Position numbers and translations under genes: made by a program. This document shows, one piece after another, positions 35,613 through 44,933 of a stretch of DNA of 64,000 bases. The stretch lies in IMG/VR virus record IMGVR_UViG_2890725172_000001, positions 32,001 through 96,000 of that record. The stretch is one strand, 5' to 3'. The notes under the pieces were generated by a model. It did no database searches, had not been told where the DNA came from, and saw nothing but the letters and a program-made list of their open reading frames with translations. The number at the start of each line of letters is the position of its first letter. Position 1 is the stretch's first letter. The DNA is from a virus. Its lineage: Duplodnaviria; Caudoviricetes.

Positions 35613-36028
35613 CAGGGCGTCAACCCTTCTGAATCGAGGTAGTCGTAGGTGTTCTGCGCGTGAATAGCGGCTGCACCGGCGAAGATTGCGGCAGCCGTTT
35701 GCTCGGTCATTTGAGCGGCGACTTCCGGAGGAATGGATGCCGCTTCGTTGGCCGGTGAATTCAGGATAACTGCGGCGCAGATTTGGGCTGCAATTTGCGA
35801 GAGAGCCATGAGGTGCTCTTCGGTCTTCTTGATGTAGAGCCGCCGGAAACGGGACTGTTCTTCGGCGAGGTCGCGGCCTTCTTCGCTGGGTGGCGTCATT
35901 CCCAGGGCCGAGTAAATCGCTGGGATGCGCTCGGGGACGCCGAAGGTGTGCGCCATGTCGTAAATCATCCGGCTCGCGTACGCGGTGTAGATGATCTGCG
36001 GGTCCTGCTCTTCGATCTCGTTATGCAC
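35609..36028 (-). CDS. hypothetical protein
   Basis: ORF adjacent to the polymerase. Confidence 0.6.
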   Translation of the reverse strand: MHNEIEEQDPQIIYTAYASRMIYDMAHTFGVPERIPAIYSALGMTPPSEEGRDLAEEQSRFRRLYIKKTEEHLMALSQIAAQICAAVILNSPANEAASIPPEVAAQMTEQTAAAIFAGAAAIHAQNTYDYLDSEGLTPW

Positions 36029-38038
36029 TTACTTGGCTTCATTCCAGGATTGGACGATGTGAATGTCGACGGTGAGAGGGACACTGATCCGCTCTTGGAT
36101 GCCGGGGCCGATCATGGCGTCGCGCAGCAGCTCGGCGACCATGTCGGCGACCTCGTCGCGGGCCTCGATTACCAGCTCGTCGTGGATGGTGAGGATGAGG
36201 CGGGCGGAGTCGTCCAGGCCGCGCTCGCGCAGGGCGCGACGGATGCGGATCATGGCGAGCTTGATGAGGTCGGCCGCGCTGCCTTGGATGAGGCTGTTGA
36301 CGGCCTGGCGCTCGGCGCGGGAGCGGTATTCGCTGTCGTAGGAGTTGAGATCGCGTAGACGGCGCTTGCGGCCGATCAGGGTCCGGATGAAGGGGACGGG
36401 GCCCCGGCTGCGAGCGACCTTGAGGATCTTGGCCTTGAGCTTGTGGACCTCGGGGAACTGCTGACCATGCTCGGCGAGCATTTGCTTGGCGAAGGTCAGA
36501 GAGATGCCCGCCTGGGTGGCGACGGTCTTGGGGCCCGCTCCGAAAACGATCGCGAAGTTGATCGTTTTGCCGATGGTTCTCTGTTCTTTGGTGACCTGGT
36601 CGAGCGGAACGCCGAAGATGGCGGCGGCGGTGATCGTGTGCGGATCGTGGCCTTCGTGGAAGCCTTCGAAGAGTTTGCCGCCTCCGGCGAAGTGCGCCAG
36701 CACGACCAACTCAATTTGGCCGAGGTCGCCCACCACGAGCTTCCAGCCGTCCGGCGCGGTGTAGATTCCTCGGATCTTCTTGCCGGATTCGCTGCGGGTG
36801 GGGATGTTCTGAAGGTTGGGGCCGTAGCTGCTCCACCGGCCGGTGACGGTGCCGTGGGGGTCGAGCGTGGTGTAGACGCGGGGGCCGGTCTCCGACTCAA
36901 AGATGATGCAAGGCTTCTTCGGGTCGTCCTCGATCCCGAGGTAGCCGTCCACGTAGGTGGACAGGAGTTTGACCGACTCCTGGTAGCGGAGGATGGCCTG
37001 GGCGACCTTGTTGCTCGGGTATTCCTTGAGCGTGTCGGCGTCGGTGCTGTAGTCGGTGATCAGCAGCGGTTCGCCGCGTTTGGCCTTCTTCTCGCCGCCG
37101 TCCGTCAACTTCTTAGGTCTCAGGCCCTGGCAGCCCTCGGCCTTGGGACCGAAAAGGATGTTGGCCTTCTGCTGGCTGCTGCCGACGTTGAACAGTTGCC
37201 CGGCGGCGGCGTAGACGGCGGCCTCACGCTCTTCCACCTCAATGGCCAGGTCGACGCGCAGCTGCTGGAGCCAGGGCACCAGGACGGGTGCTCCATGGCT
37301 GAGCATGTCGATGATGACCTGCTCAAGCAGGTCGTTCTCCATGCGCTGGGCGTCGTCGAGGCGTTCGTGGGCGATGGCGTCTCGCCAGCGCCGGTACAGC
37401 AGCCAGGTGAACTTGGAGTCCAGGCGGGCGTACTCGGCGACCTTGGAGAAGGGGAACTTCTCCACGCACTTACCGACGCCTTCCTTGTCGTAGTCGACGC
37501 GGTAGACGCGCTTGGTGGTGGGTTTGAGGCCGGTGCGCTCGTTCTCGTCGAGCAGCCAGGCGATCTGCCTGGTGTCGGCGTACGGCGGTGCTGCCGGGGC
37601 GGGCAGGTACTTCGCGGTTGAGATGACGTCGAAGGGGAGGTTGTGCGCGACCTTGGTGTGGTCGGGGCTGTTGAACAGGGGCCAGAGCTTCTCGAAAACC
37701 ACGTGTCGGCGGAGCTGCGGTGGCGGAGGTTCCCAGATGGGGTGGCGGTAGTGACGGGTCTTACCGTCTTTGCCGACCTTGGGGATCTTCTCTTCGCCGA
37801 TGATCTTGTCGCCGATGGGGTGGCCCATGGGGATCGCGACGGCCATGCCGTGGCTGGCCAGTGATAGCCAGGTCACCTCGTTCTGGGTGGGCACGCCTCG
37901 GTGGTCGCCTGTGGTTTCGACATCGAAGGCGAAGGCGTCTTGCCGCTTCAGATAGGAGACGACGTCGTCGAGCTGGCCCTCCGTCAGAATCGTGGAGGAG
38001 GGGAACACGTGATCTCTTGTGACGTGAGCCCCGGTCAC
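36029..38038 (-). CDS. polA: family A DNA polymerase with 3'-5' exonuclease
   Basis: FDVET, HN..FD, TGR.SS..PNLQNIP, D.GQIEL..LAH, K..NF...FG, N..IQGSAAD, IHDEL; exact start uncertain. Confidence 0.95.
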   Translation of the reverse strand: MTGAHVTRDHVFPSSTILTEGQLDDVVSYLKRQDAFAFDVETTGDHRGVPTQNEVTWLSLASHGMAVAIPMGHPIGDKIIGEEKIPKVGKDGKTRHYRHPIWEPPPPQLRRHVVFEKLWPLFNSPDHTKVAHNLPFDVISTAKYLPAPAAPPYADTRQIAWLLDENERTGLKPTTKRVYRVDYDKEGVGKCVEKFPFSKVAEYARLDSKFTWLLYRRWRDAIAHERLDDAQRMENDLLEQVIIDMLSHGAPVLVPWLQQLRVDLAIEVEEREAAVYAAAGQLFNVGSSQQKANILFGPKAEGCQGLRPKKLTDGGEKKAKRGEPLLITDYSTDADTLKEYPSNKVAQAILRYQESVKLLSTYVDGYLGIEDDPKKPCIIFESETGPRVYTTLDPHGTVTGRWSSYGPNLQNIPTRSESGKKIRGIYTAPDGWKLVVGDLGQIELVVLAHFAGGGKLFEGFHEGHDPHTITAAAIFGVPLDQVTKEQRTIGKTINFAIVFGAGPKTVATQAGISLTFAKQMLAEHGQQFPEVHKLKAKILKVARSRGPVPFIRTLIGRKRRLRDLNSYDSEYRSRAERQAVNSLIQGSAADLIKLAMIRIRRALRERGLDDSARLILTIHDELVIEARDEVADMVAELLRDAMIGPGIQERISVPLTVDIHIVQSWNEAK

Positions 38039-38076
38039 GGGGCGGGGGGCAGGACCCGTGACCGGGGCTCGTTTTT
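38026..38076 (+). terminator. 16-bp inverted repeat with T-tract on + strand
   Basis: GAGCCCCGGTCACGGG/CCCGTGACCGGGGCTC then GTTTTT. Confidence 0.6.
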
Positions 38077-38087
38077 CCGGAGGTGGT

Positions 38088-38987
38088 CTAGGCGGCGCGG
38101 CGGCGAGCGCGGGGGGAGGTCAGCTCGTCGACGATCTCCTGGAGCGTGTCGTGGTCGTCGACCGTGACGCAGGACTCGTCGTAGAGGTTCTCCAGCAGCT
38201 CGGCGTACTGCTCGGCCGTGATCTCCTCGTACACCTGCTCGTCATCGAAGTCCGCCAGGGCGTCTCGCGAGACAGGGCTCAGGTTGAAGGTGTAGTCATC
38301 TCGGCCGCCGACCTTCTTGACGTGGCGGGAGACCGCCCAGTACAGGACGGGGACGCCGTCACGGTTCTTGTTGATCGGGCTGGTGCGGGACTGCTCGCTC
38401 CACGACAGAATGATGTCGAACAGCTTCTGTCCGATCTCCAGCCGCTTGACCTCAGGCTCGCCGCCCGGTGTCAGCAAGGCGACGTTGAAGAACGCCTTGA
38501 ACGCCGGACGCGGGTGGTACTTGCGGCCTTCGGGGAGCGGCTTGCTTTCCTCGTAGGCGCACAACGGGCACTCGTCCTCGGCCGTGAGGCAGACGTAGGA
38601 CTTCCGGCCTTCCTTCTCCTGAAGGAAGTGCTGCCGGAAGGCCACGAAGCAGTCGCTCTCCAAGAACGCGATCACCTGCTCTTCGGGGCCGAGGGTGATG
38701 CGCTCGGCGTCGAAGTCCCGGCCGCCGGAGTTGCCGACACCTTCGGAGACGGCTTTGAGGCCACCGCCATCGGTGCGGTGCCGGGACAGCAAGGTGTTGG
38801 AGCTGTTGGTGCGGGTGGCACGGCCGGAGGGACGGCGCTGGGGGATCTCGTCCTCGACGGCGTCTTCCTCATCGGGGACGACGCTGAGGCGGCGCGTGGT
38901 GGGGGCGGCAAAGTCGTCTTCGAACTCCTCATCCTCGCGGGTCTCGGGGTTCACCGGGCGCTCACGCCGGGCGATGGTACGGGTCAT
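38088..38987 (-). CDS. single-stranded DNA-binding protein (gp32-like)
   Basis: I.FL......FRQHF...SYVC....CPLC; next to polymerase. Confidence 0.7.
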   Translation of the reverse strand: MTRTIARRERPVNPETREDEEFEDDFAAPTTRRLSVVPDEEDAVEDEIPQRRPSGRATRTNSSNTLLSRHRTDGGGLKAVSEGVGNSGGRDFDAERITLGPEEQVIAFLESDCFVAFRQHFLQEKEGRKSYVCLTAEDECPLCAYEESKPLPEGRKYHPRPAFKAFFNVALLTPGGEPEVKRLEIGQKLFDIILSWSEQSRTSPINKNRDGVPVLYWAVSRHVKKVGGRDDYTFNLSPVSRDALADFDDEQVYEEITAEQYAELLENLYDESCVTVDDHDTLQEIVDELTSPRARRRAA

Positions 38988-39235
38988 GCAGGTGGTGCTC
39001 CTGTAACAGTGATTCTGTGGACGACGGAATACGAGGGTGCGATTCTTCGCAGCTCGGCGATGTCGAGGCTGAGGACGCGGCGGACCACTTCACGGGCCTG
39101 CTGAAGGAGGAGTTCGGGTGCGTAGTCGCCGGTGTCGCCGAAGTCCTCATCGGTGAAGGTGGCGGAGGCCGCGATCTCGACCTTCTCCACCCCGCCGAAG
39201 TCGACGATGACCTTGCGGGCGTAGTTGACCTCCAT
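38984..39235 (-). CDS. hypothetical protein
   Basis: Coupled ORF. Confidence 0.6.
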   Translation of the reverse strand: MEVNYARKVIVDFGGVEKVEIAASATFTDEDFGDTGDYAPELLLQQAREVVRRVLSLDIAELRRIAPSYSVVHRITVTGAPPA

Positions 39236-39729
39236 CAGGCAGCCTGGCCCGTCAGGTCGACGTCGCCGCTCTGGTTGATCAGCAGCTGGTCGAACAGCTC
39301 CTTGGCCCGCTCGCGGAAGCGAGTCTTGTAAATGGGGATGCCGTACTGAATGAGGATCTTCTCCTCGCGGGCCAGGTTGACCAGGCCGAGGATCATCTCC
39401 TCGGAATACAGCCGGATGGCGCCGAGCCGCTTTTCGTGCTTGAGGGTGTACGGGGTCTTGGGGATGTATCCGAGGCGTTCCAGCTTGCGCATGGTGACGC
39501 TCTCGCGGCCGAGCATGCTGGCCAGGACGCCGATCCGGTACAGCACCAGGGGGCGGCCGTTGACCATGTAGGTGTGGTCTTCAAGGACCATGCGGCTCTT
39601 GATCTCGTCCATGCGGACTTGATCGAACCGAGGTTCGAACAGCCGGACGTCGTCAGAGTTCAGCTTGTTCAGCCGTTCGCGACGTTCAACGACCGGAACG
39701 CCTGCCACGTCGTGACTGATCTTGGTCAA
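39235..39729 (-). CDS. MerR-like HTH DNA-binding protein
   Basis: YRIGVLASMLGRESVTMRKLE..G.IP...RLYS. Confidence 0.7.
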   Translation of the reverse strand: MTKISHDVAGVPVVERRERLNKLNSDDVRLFEPRFDQVRMDEIKSRMVLEDHTYMVNGRPLVLYRIGVLASMLGRESVTMRKLERLGYIPKTPYTLKHEKRLGAIRLYSEEMILGLVNLAREEKILIQYGIPIYKTRFRERAKELFDQLLINQSGDVDLTGQAA

Positions 39730-39730
39730 G

Positions 39731-40192
39731 TCACAGCCCCCTGATGCTATAGGTGTAGTCGCGGTCCATGCACGCGTCGATGTCTTGCCGCGTGATGGCC
39801 CCTTCTTGGAGAGCGACCCAGAGCTCGTCGGGGTCGATGACCTCGACCTCTCTGGTCTTCACTATTCGGTTGGTCAGACCCTTCCGCCGGGCCAGCCTCA
39901 GGACGTCCGCTTCGTTCAGCCGCGTACTTACGCTGCGTGATCGACGGTAGCCAGAAGGTGCGCCGGGCAGGTTTGACAACTCCTCCGGAAGTACAACTCG
40001 CTGCCCACCCTTGCTGTCTCGCGTACCCTCCCGGAGGGCGATCTCGTGCAGCTCCTCGACCACCTTCGCGCGGCGTTTTGTGTCGCGGGCGAGCCGGTCG
40101 TCGAGGAGTTTCTTCTCCGTTAGGAGGGCGAGAATACGCTGGTGAGAGGTATCAACGCGCGCCAAAGGCGTGCGTGTCAGAACGCGGGGCAT
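39731..40192 (-). CDS. hypothetical protein
   Basis: 153-aa ORF. Confidence 0.6.
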   Translation of the reverse strand: MPRVLTRTPLARVDTSHQRILALLTEKKLLDDRLARDTKRRAKVVEELHEIALREGTRDSKGGQRVVLPEELSNLPGAPSGYRRSRSVSTRLNEADVLRLARRKGLTNRIVKTREVEVIDPDELWVALQEGAITRQDIDACMDRDYTYSIRGL

Positions 40193-40311
40193 GTGGGGGT
40201 GGATCTTCCGGAAGTAGGTACCGGATCGGTAACGCCGACCCTACCCCAGTTTAGGGCGGTGGTATCGGGCGCACCTAGGGCAACATCGGTAACAATCGGG
40301 CGCACGCCGTA

Positions 40312-41910
40312 TCAACTACTCTCTGTGAGAGCGCCTCTGACGTGCGCGGATAGGCTGATTACGTCGTTGTCGAGGCCTCCGGAGGTATCGATACCTTCGC
40401 CGTCGATCGATGCATCGGCTACACGAGTTTTAAAACTCAGGGCGTCGAAGGCCCTCTCCTCGATCGTCCCGGGGGTGACGAGGTCGATCACAGCCACCTG
40501 ATCGTGCTTGGACGACGCCCGTACGTGACGGGCTGAGATCTGGACATACTGCCCGTGCGATCTTGGGGCGTCGTAGTGGATCAGGTGTGTCGCCTCGGGC
40601 AGGTCGAGGCCGTAGGCGCCCGCGTGGCTCATCAGCAGCAGGCGGCAGTCCGGGTCGAACTTGAACTCGTCGATGAGCTGCTGGCGCTTGGCCAGCGACG
40701 TGATCTCGCCGGAGTAGATGACCGACCGGTGCGAGGGGAAGGCCCCGGCAATCAGGTCCAGCATGTGGACATACCTGGACACGATGATGATTTTGTGCTC
40801 AGGCATGTCCAGTAGCGGGATGACCCGGCGCCGGAGCTCGTCGAGCTTGGGCTGCATGTGAAGGTCGGTTACCGGCGCCAACCGGCCGCTGGCGACGATC
40901 TTGAGGGCGTAGGCGTTGGTGCCGCGCTCGGCCGCCCGGACCACCAGCAGAGGGTGGCAGAGCAGCATGCTGATCGTGGTATGGATCGCCTGCACCTTTC
41001 CGGCCCCGACCGCGTCCGACTCGCCGCCGTAGTAGGCCTCCGGGTCGAAATCGCCTGGGTCGGCGAGGTTGTTCAGCTCGGCGGCAAGGTCATGGAGGAC
41101 GTCCTCGTAGACCGTGCGCAGGGCGGGGGTTATGGGGGCCAGCCAGCGTTCGTGGACAACGGAGGGCATGTACGGGGCCACGTCCGGGTCTGACTGGCGT
41201 TTGCGGTAGGAGATCTCCAGCCACTTGCGCCGGAACGTCGCCAGGTTCACGTACCGCAGGACCCTGCCCCAGCGGTTGCGGCGGACGAAGCTGTCTTCGA
41301 AGTCCCGGTAAGTGCCGAAATGACCGGGGGCGACCCACTCGCTGATGGCCAGCGCTTCTTCGAGCCGGTTTTCCACGGGGGTTCCTGTCAGGCCGATCCG
41401 GTAGGGCGTCTGAAGCCTGCGTAAGGCCTTGGCGCGCTTGGACTTCCAGCCCTTGAGCACGCTCACCTCGTCGATGATCAGCAAGGCGTCGGGGATGCCT
41501 TTCTTGATCTTCCGGGCGTTGCTGGCCACGAAGTCGTGGGTGGCCAGGATGTAGTCGGTCTGGTTGGTGATGGCCTCGTCCAGCAGCCGGGCCTTGACCG
41601 TGGGCGAGCCGTCGATGATGACGCCCCACTCCTTGTCAGGCCACAGGGTCCTCTTGCCATCGCGGCTGACGCGGACGCTGCATGAGACGTCGGTGGTCTC
41701 GGCGATGGCCTGACCCCACTGGGTGAGCAGGGCCTTGGGGACGGCGATGATGACGGTGGTGACCAGGCCCTCGGCCAGCAGGTATTCGGCGCACGCCAGT
41801 GCGGTGACGGTCTTGCCGACTCCCATCTCCATGGTGAGCAGCAGTCGGCCGTGGGCGGTGAACTGTGCGAGTGCGGGGGTTTGGTAGTCGCGTAGATCAA
41901 CAGTGAGCAA
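40312..41910 (-). CDS. SNF2-family helicase
   Basis: EMGVGKT, IIDE, LTGTPVEN, GAYGLDL, TIEE. Confidence 0.85.
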   Translation of the reverse strand: MLTVDLRDYQTPALAQFTAHGRLLLTMEMGVGKTVTALACAEYLLAEGLVTTVIIAVPKALLTQWGQAIAETTDVSCSVRVSRDGKRTLWPDKEWGVIIDGSPTVKARLLDEAITNQTDYILATHDFVASNARKIKKGIPDALLIIDEVSVLKGWKSKRAKALRRLQTPYRIGLTGTPVENRLEEALAISEWVAPGHFGTYRDFEDSFVRRNRWGRVLRYVNLATFRRKWLEISYRKRQSDPDVAPYMPSVVHERWLAPITPALRTVYEDVLHDLAAELNNLADPGDFDPEAYYGGESDAVGAGKVQAIHTTISMLLCHPLLVVRAAERGTNAYALKIVASGRLAPVTDLHMQPKLDELRRRVIPLLDMPEHKIIIVSRYVHMLDLIAGAFPSHRSVIYSGEITSLAKRQQLIDEFKFDPDCRLLLMSHAGAYGLDLPEATHLIHYDAPRSHGQYVQISARHVRASSKHDQVAVIDLVTPGTIEERAFDALSFKTRVADASIDGEGIDTSGGLDNDVISLSAHVRGALTESS

Positions 41911-41913
41911 GGG

Positions 41914-42924
41914 TCATCGGATCAGGTAGGAGGGGATGGCCTCGGTGATGAGCTCTGCGAGCTCGTCGAGGGGGAACAGGTAGCCGGTGCCTCGGTGGGT
42001 GTAGCCTCCGGGGTCGGTACCTCTGGGCAGGCCGCTCCAGGTCACGGTGCGGATCAGCGGGACGCGTCCGCGCAGGCCTCGGATGAGGGAGCTGGTCGCC
42101 TGCCATCCGGCTTCGTCGTTGTCGAGCATGGTGATCACCTCGCCGGTGGCACGGTCGGCGATCAGGTCGATGTGGGTGTCGGAGATCTTGCTGCCCCAGG
42201 TGGCCACCGCGCCGGGGGCGACCTCACCGACGATCGCGGCGTCGAGCGGCGATTCGACGACCACCAGCGGTCCCGGTGGCGGCGGCAGGTGGACGCCGAA
42301 AAGGGTCTCGTTCCTCTTGGCCAATCCCTTGGGGTAGTTGCGGACCCGGGAGCCTCGCTTCTCCTGCCAGCCGATCAAGGCCGTGGAATCGGGGTCCCAC
42401 ATAGGCAGCACCCAGGAGTCGGTGGCCGGGTCCCACATGACGCGGTAGTCGGCGGCGATGTCGGGGTTGATGCCCCGGCGTCTCAGCTCCCGCTCCGGCG
42501 CAGCTGTACACAGCGCCAGCGACGCCCGGGAGATCGGCCGAAGGACCGGCTCCTTGGGGAGACCGGCCCGCTCCAGCATGCGGATGGTGGCGCCGATGGT
42601 GCCCTGGGCGCGGACCCACGCGGTGGCCATGTCGAGGTCGACGGCCAGCATGTCCCGCGCCAGGTGAACGAACGCTCCGGCGTAGCCGCAACTCCAGCAC
42701 AGGAACAGGCCGGTGTCGGAGTTGATGGAGAAGCTCGGGTTGCGGTCGGGCTTGTTGAGCCGGGCCTCATGCGCGGGGCAGCGGCAGGTGATCTCGTCGC
42801 CGTCCTCGCGGATGATCTCCAGGCCGAGTTTCTCGACCGCCGAGAGCACGTCGCCGGGGACCACGAGAGGCTCATCGCGCAGGCGGCGGGCCTCGCTTCC
42901 CCGGCCGCACATGATGATCGACAT
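41914..42924 (-). CDS. DNA primase (CHC2 Zn finger plus TOPRIM)
   Basis: CPAH...D..PS...CWSC; VVESPLD; DNDEAG. Confidence 0.85.
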   Translation of the reverse strand: MSIIMCGRGSEARRLRDEPLVVPGDVLSAVEKLGLEIIREDGDEITCRCPAHEARLNKPDRNPSFSINSDTGLFLCWSCGYAGAFVHLARDMLAVDLDMATAWVRAQGTIGATIRMLERAGLPKEPVLRPISRASLALCTAAPERELRRRGINPDIAADYRVMWDPATDSWVLPMWDPDSTALIGWQEKRGSRVRNYPKGLAKRNETLFGVHLPPPPGPLVVVESPLDAAIVGEVAPGAVATWGSKISDTHIDLIADRATGEVITMLDNDEAGWQATSSLIRGLRGRVPLIRTVTWSGLPRGTDPGGYTHRGTGYLFPLDELAELITEAIPSYLIR

Positions 42925-44192
42925 CAGAACATGTCCACGTCATCGTCGTCGTCACCGAGGTCGTCGGTGTCGCCGAACGGGTCGTAGGCGAGCTCGGTCA
43001 TGGTGCCGTGGTCCCAGTCGCGCCGAATCCAGAATTCGAACGGTGCGACGGTCCGGCCGACCAGAGACTTCATCTTGGTGATGTCGTGGTCGCTGGTCGG
43101 CTGGGCAGCGATGATCAAGTCGGCGTCCTCTGCGAAGGACGGCCCGTAGCCGATGGACGCGGCGGTGATCTCGCCACCGTGGATCTTGGAGAGCCGGACC
43201 TGCGTGCTGATGATGATCGGGATGCCCAGCGACTTGGCAGCCCTCTTCAGGCCTCGCGTGATGTTGGCGATGGCCTTCCAATCGCCGGGCTTCTCCCCAT
43301 GGTCGTCGCTCATCAGGTAAACGCCGTCGATGAACAGGATGTCGGGCTTGAGCCGCTGCGCCTTGGCGACGATCTGACTGACCGTCGAGGCCGAGGACGC
43401 GTCCTCGGTGAGCCAGTAGGACGGCCGGAGCTCCATGGATCGGAGCCGTTTCTCGACGCGGTCGAGGTCGGCCTTGGTGAGGGTGCCGTCGCGCAGGCCG
43501 TTGGGGGAGACCTTGGATTCGAGGGCGTCGAGCCGTTCTTCCATCTCGCGGGCGGTCATCTCGAATGTCACAAACATCGGACGTTTCGGGGCTGACCAGG
43601 CTGCGAGCGAGGAGAGCAGGAGGTAGGTGGATTTGCCCGCCTTGGGCGGGCCGACCAAGGCCACCAGCCATCCGGGACGCCAGCCGCCGGTCAGCTGGTC
43701 GACGGCGTCGAATCCGGTCGGGATGCCGTGCATCCGCAGTTCCTGACCGGCGCGCTCCCGGTAGGCGGCGGCGCGCTTGAGCGCCGTGGTGGTGATGTCG
43801 ACGTCGACCGTCGAGGGGACTTCGGCCTCAAGCTCGGCCAGCGCGGCGGCCAGCTCCCTGGCCGTGGCCTCCGGGTCGCCGGTGGTGAACCTCTGAGTGG
43901 CGCGGCCGAGGGCCGCCTCCAAGATCGACATCTTGCGCTGTTCACGCAGCTTGTCCAGGACGTAGTCGAGGGGTTCAGGCTGCTTGGCGAGCTTGTAGGT
44001 CGGGAATTCGGCCTTGAGGGCTTCGGTGGTGGGGGCTTTGCCGTGGCGGATCTGGAACTCGGTGAGGAACTGCCACACCTGGAGTGCCTTGGGGTCGGCG
44101 AGCCACTCGCTGGTGACTCCGGCGTCGAGGGCCTGGGAGAGGTCGCCGCCGGTGACGATCTGGGTGATCAGGTGGCGGGGAAGGTCCATCAC
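42924..44192 (-). CDS. dnaB: DnaB-like replicative helicase
   Basis: GIPTGF..VD..TGG, GPPKAGKS, FEM, IDG.YLM, DAD. Confidence 0.9.
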   Translation of the reverse strand: MMDLPRHLITQIVTGGDLSQALDAGVTSEWLADPKALQVWQFLTEFQIRHGKAPTTEALKAEFPTYKLAKQPEPLDYVLDKLREQRKMSILEAALGRATQRFTTGDPEATARELAAALAELEAEVPSTVDVDITTTALKRAAAYRERAGQELRMHGIPTGFDAVDQLTGGWRPGWLVALVGPPKAGKSTYLLLSSLAAWSAPKRPMFVTFEMTAREMEERLDALESKVSPNGLRDGTLTKADLDRVEKRLRSMELRPSYWLTEDASSASTVSQIVAKAQRLKPDILFIDGVYLMSDDHGEKPGDWKAIANITRGLKRAAKSLGIPIIISTQVRLSKIHGGEITAASIGYGPSFAEDADLIIAAQPTSDHDITKMKSLVGRTVAPFEFWIRRDWDHGTMTELAYDPFGDTDDLGDDDDDVDMF

Positions 44193-44234
44193 ACCGCCCT
44201 GAGGGCGCGCAGCAAACGCTCTCTCGCGCGCTGA

Positions 44235-44933
44235 CTACGCCGCACGGGCCTCTGCCCGGAAGTCGATCCCCGCCACGATGTACTCAGGGAAGGCCTGCTT
44301 GGCGAAGCTCGGGAGTGACAGTTCGTAGCGGTGCCAGTCGGTCTGGGGGTGGTTGGATGTGATGATGGTCGGCCGGGCCCTGTGGAACCGGCGGCGGAAC
44401 AACTGCGTGAGCAGGTTCTGGGAGTAGCCTCGCGGGCCGGTGTACTCCTGGCCGAGGTCATCGACCACCAGGAGGCTGACGCGGCCGACCCGGATCCGCT
44501 CATTGAGCAGGGACTGGTACAGCTCCGGGTTGGCCTCCCGCTTGTCGCGGTCGGACTCCAGGTCGAGCAGCTTGTGGGCGTGGGAGACGTAGTCGGCTGC
44601 CCGAAGGAAGTGAATGCTCGCGCCGTGGATACGGTGCGCGGTGGTGAGTGCGCTGACCGCCAGCTGGGTCTTGCCGGTCCCAGGAGGGCCGCACAGGCTC
44701 ACGCCGACGCCCACGAGGGATCTCTGCCGCCGCGTTGGGTTTTCGGGCGTCTTACGCCGTTCTGGGAGCTCTCCGACCAGATCGTGGACGGCGTTCCAGG
44801 CGACGTCGGTCCGCGTGTTGTAGGGGACCCATTCGCCGAGCTCCACTCCGTACAGGGCCTGGGGGATGTTGGCGGTCTCCCAGCGGAGGCGGTAGTCGAT
44901 CTCTGTCTCGACCGGCAGGGTGATTCGATTCAT
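44235..44933 (-). CDS. dnaC: DnaC/IstB-like helicase loader ATPase
   Basis: GPPGTGKT, LLVVDDLG.E, R......PTIITSN; ATG 44933. Confidence 0.85.
   Translation of the reverse strand: MNRITLPVETEIDYRLRWETANIPQALYGVELGEWVPYNTRTDVAWNAVHDLVGELPERRKTPENPTRRQRSLVGVGVSLCGPPGTGKTQLAVSALTTAHRIHGASIHFLRAADYVSHAHKLLDLESDRDKREANPELYQSLLNERIRVGRVSLLVVDDLGQEYTGPRGYSQNLLTQLFRRRFHRARPTIITSNHPQTDWHRYELSLPSFAKQAFPEYIVAGIDFRAEARAA

Noticed and set aside
34484-35632. 382-aa + strand ORF antisense to RNR
   Set aside because: Shadow ORF expected from high-GC codon bias; no recognisable motifs
31832-44192. Inteins or introns in RecA, RNR, polymerase or helicases
   Set aside because: Protein lengths are ordinary and motifs are contiguous; no splicing motifs seen
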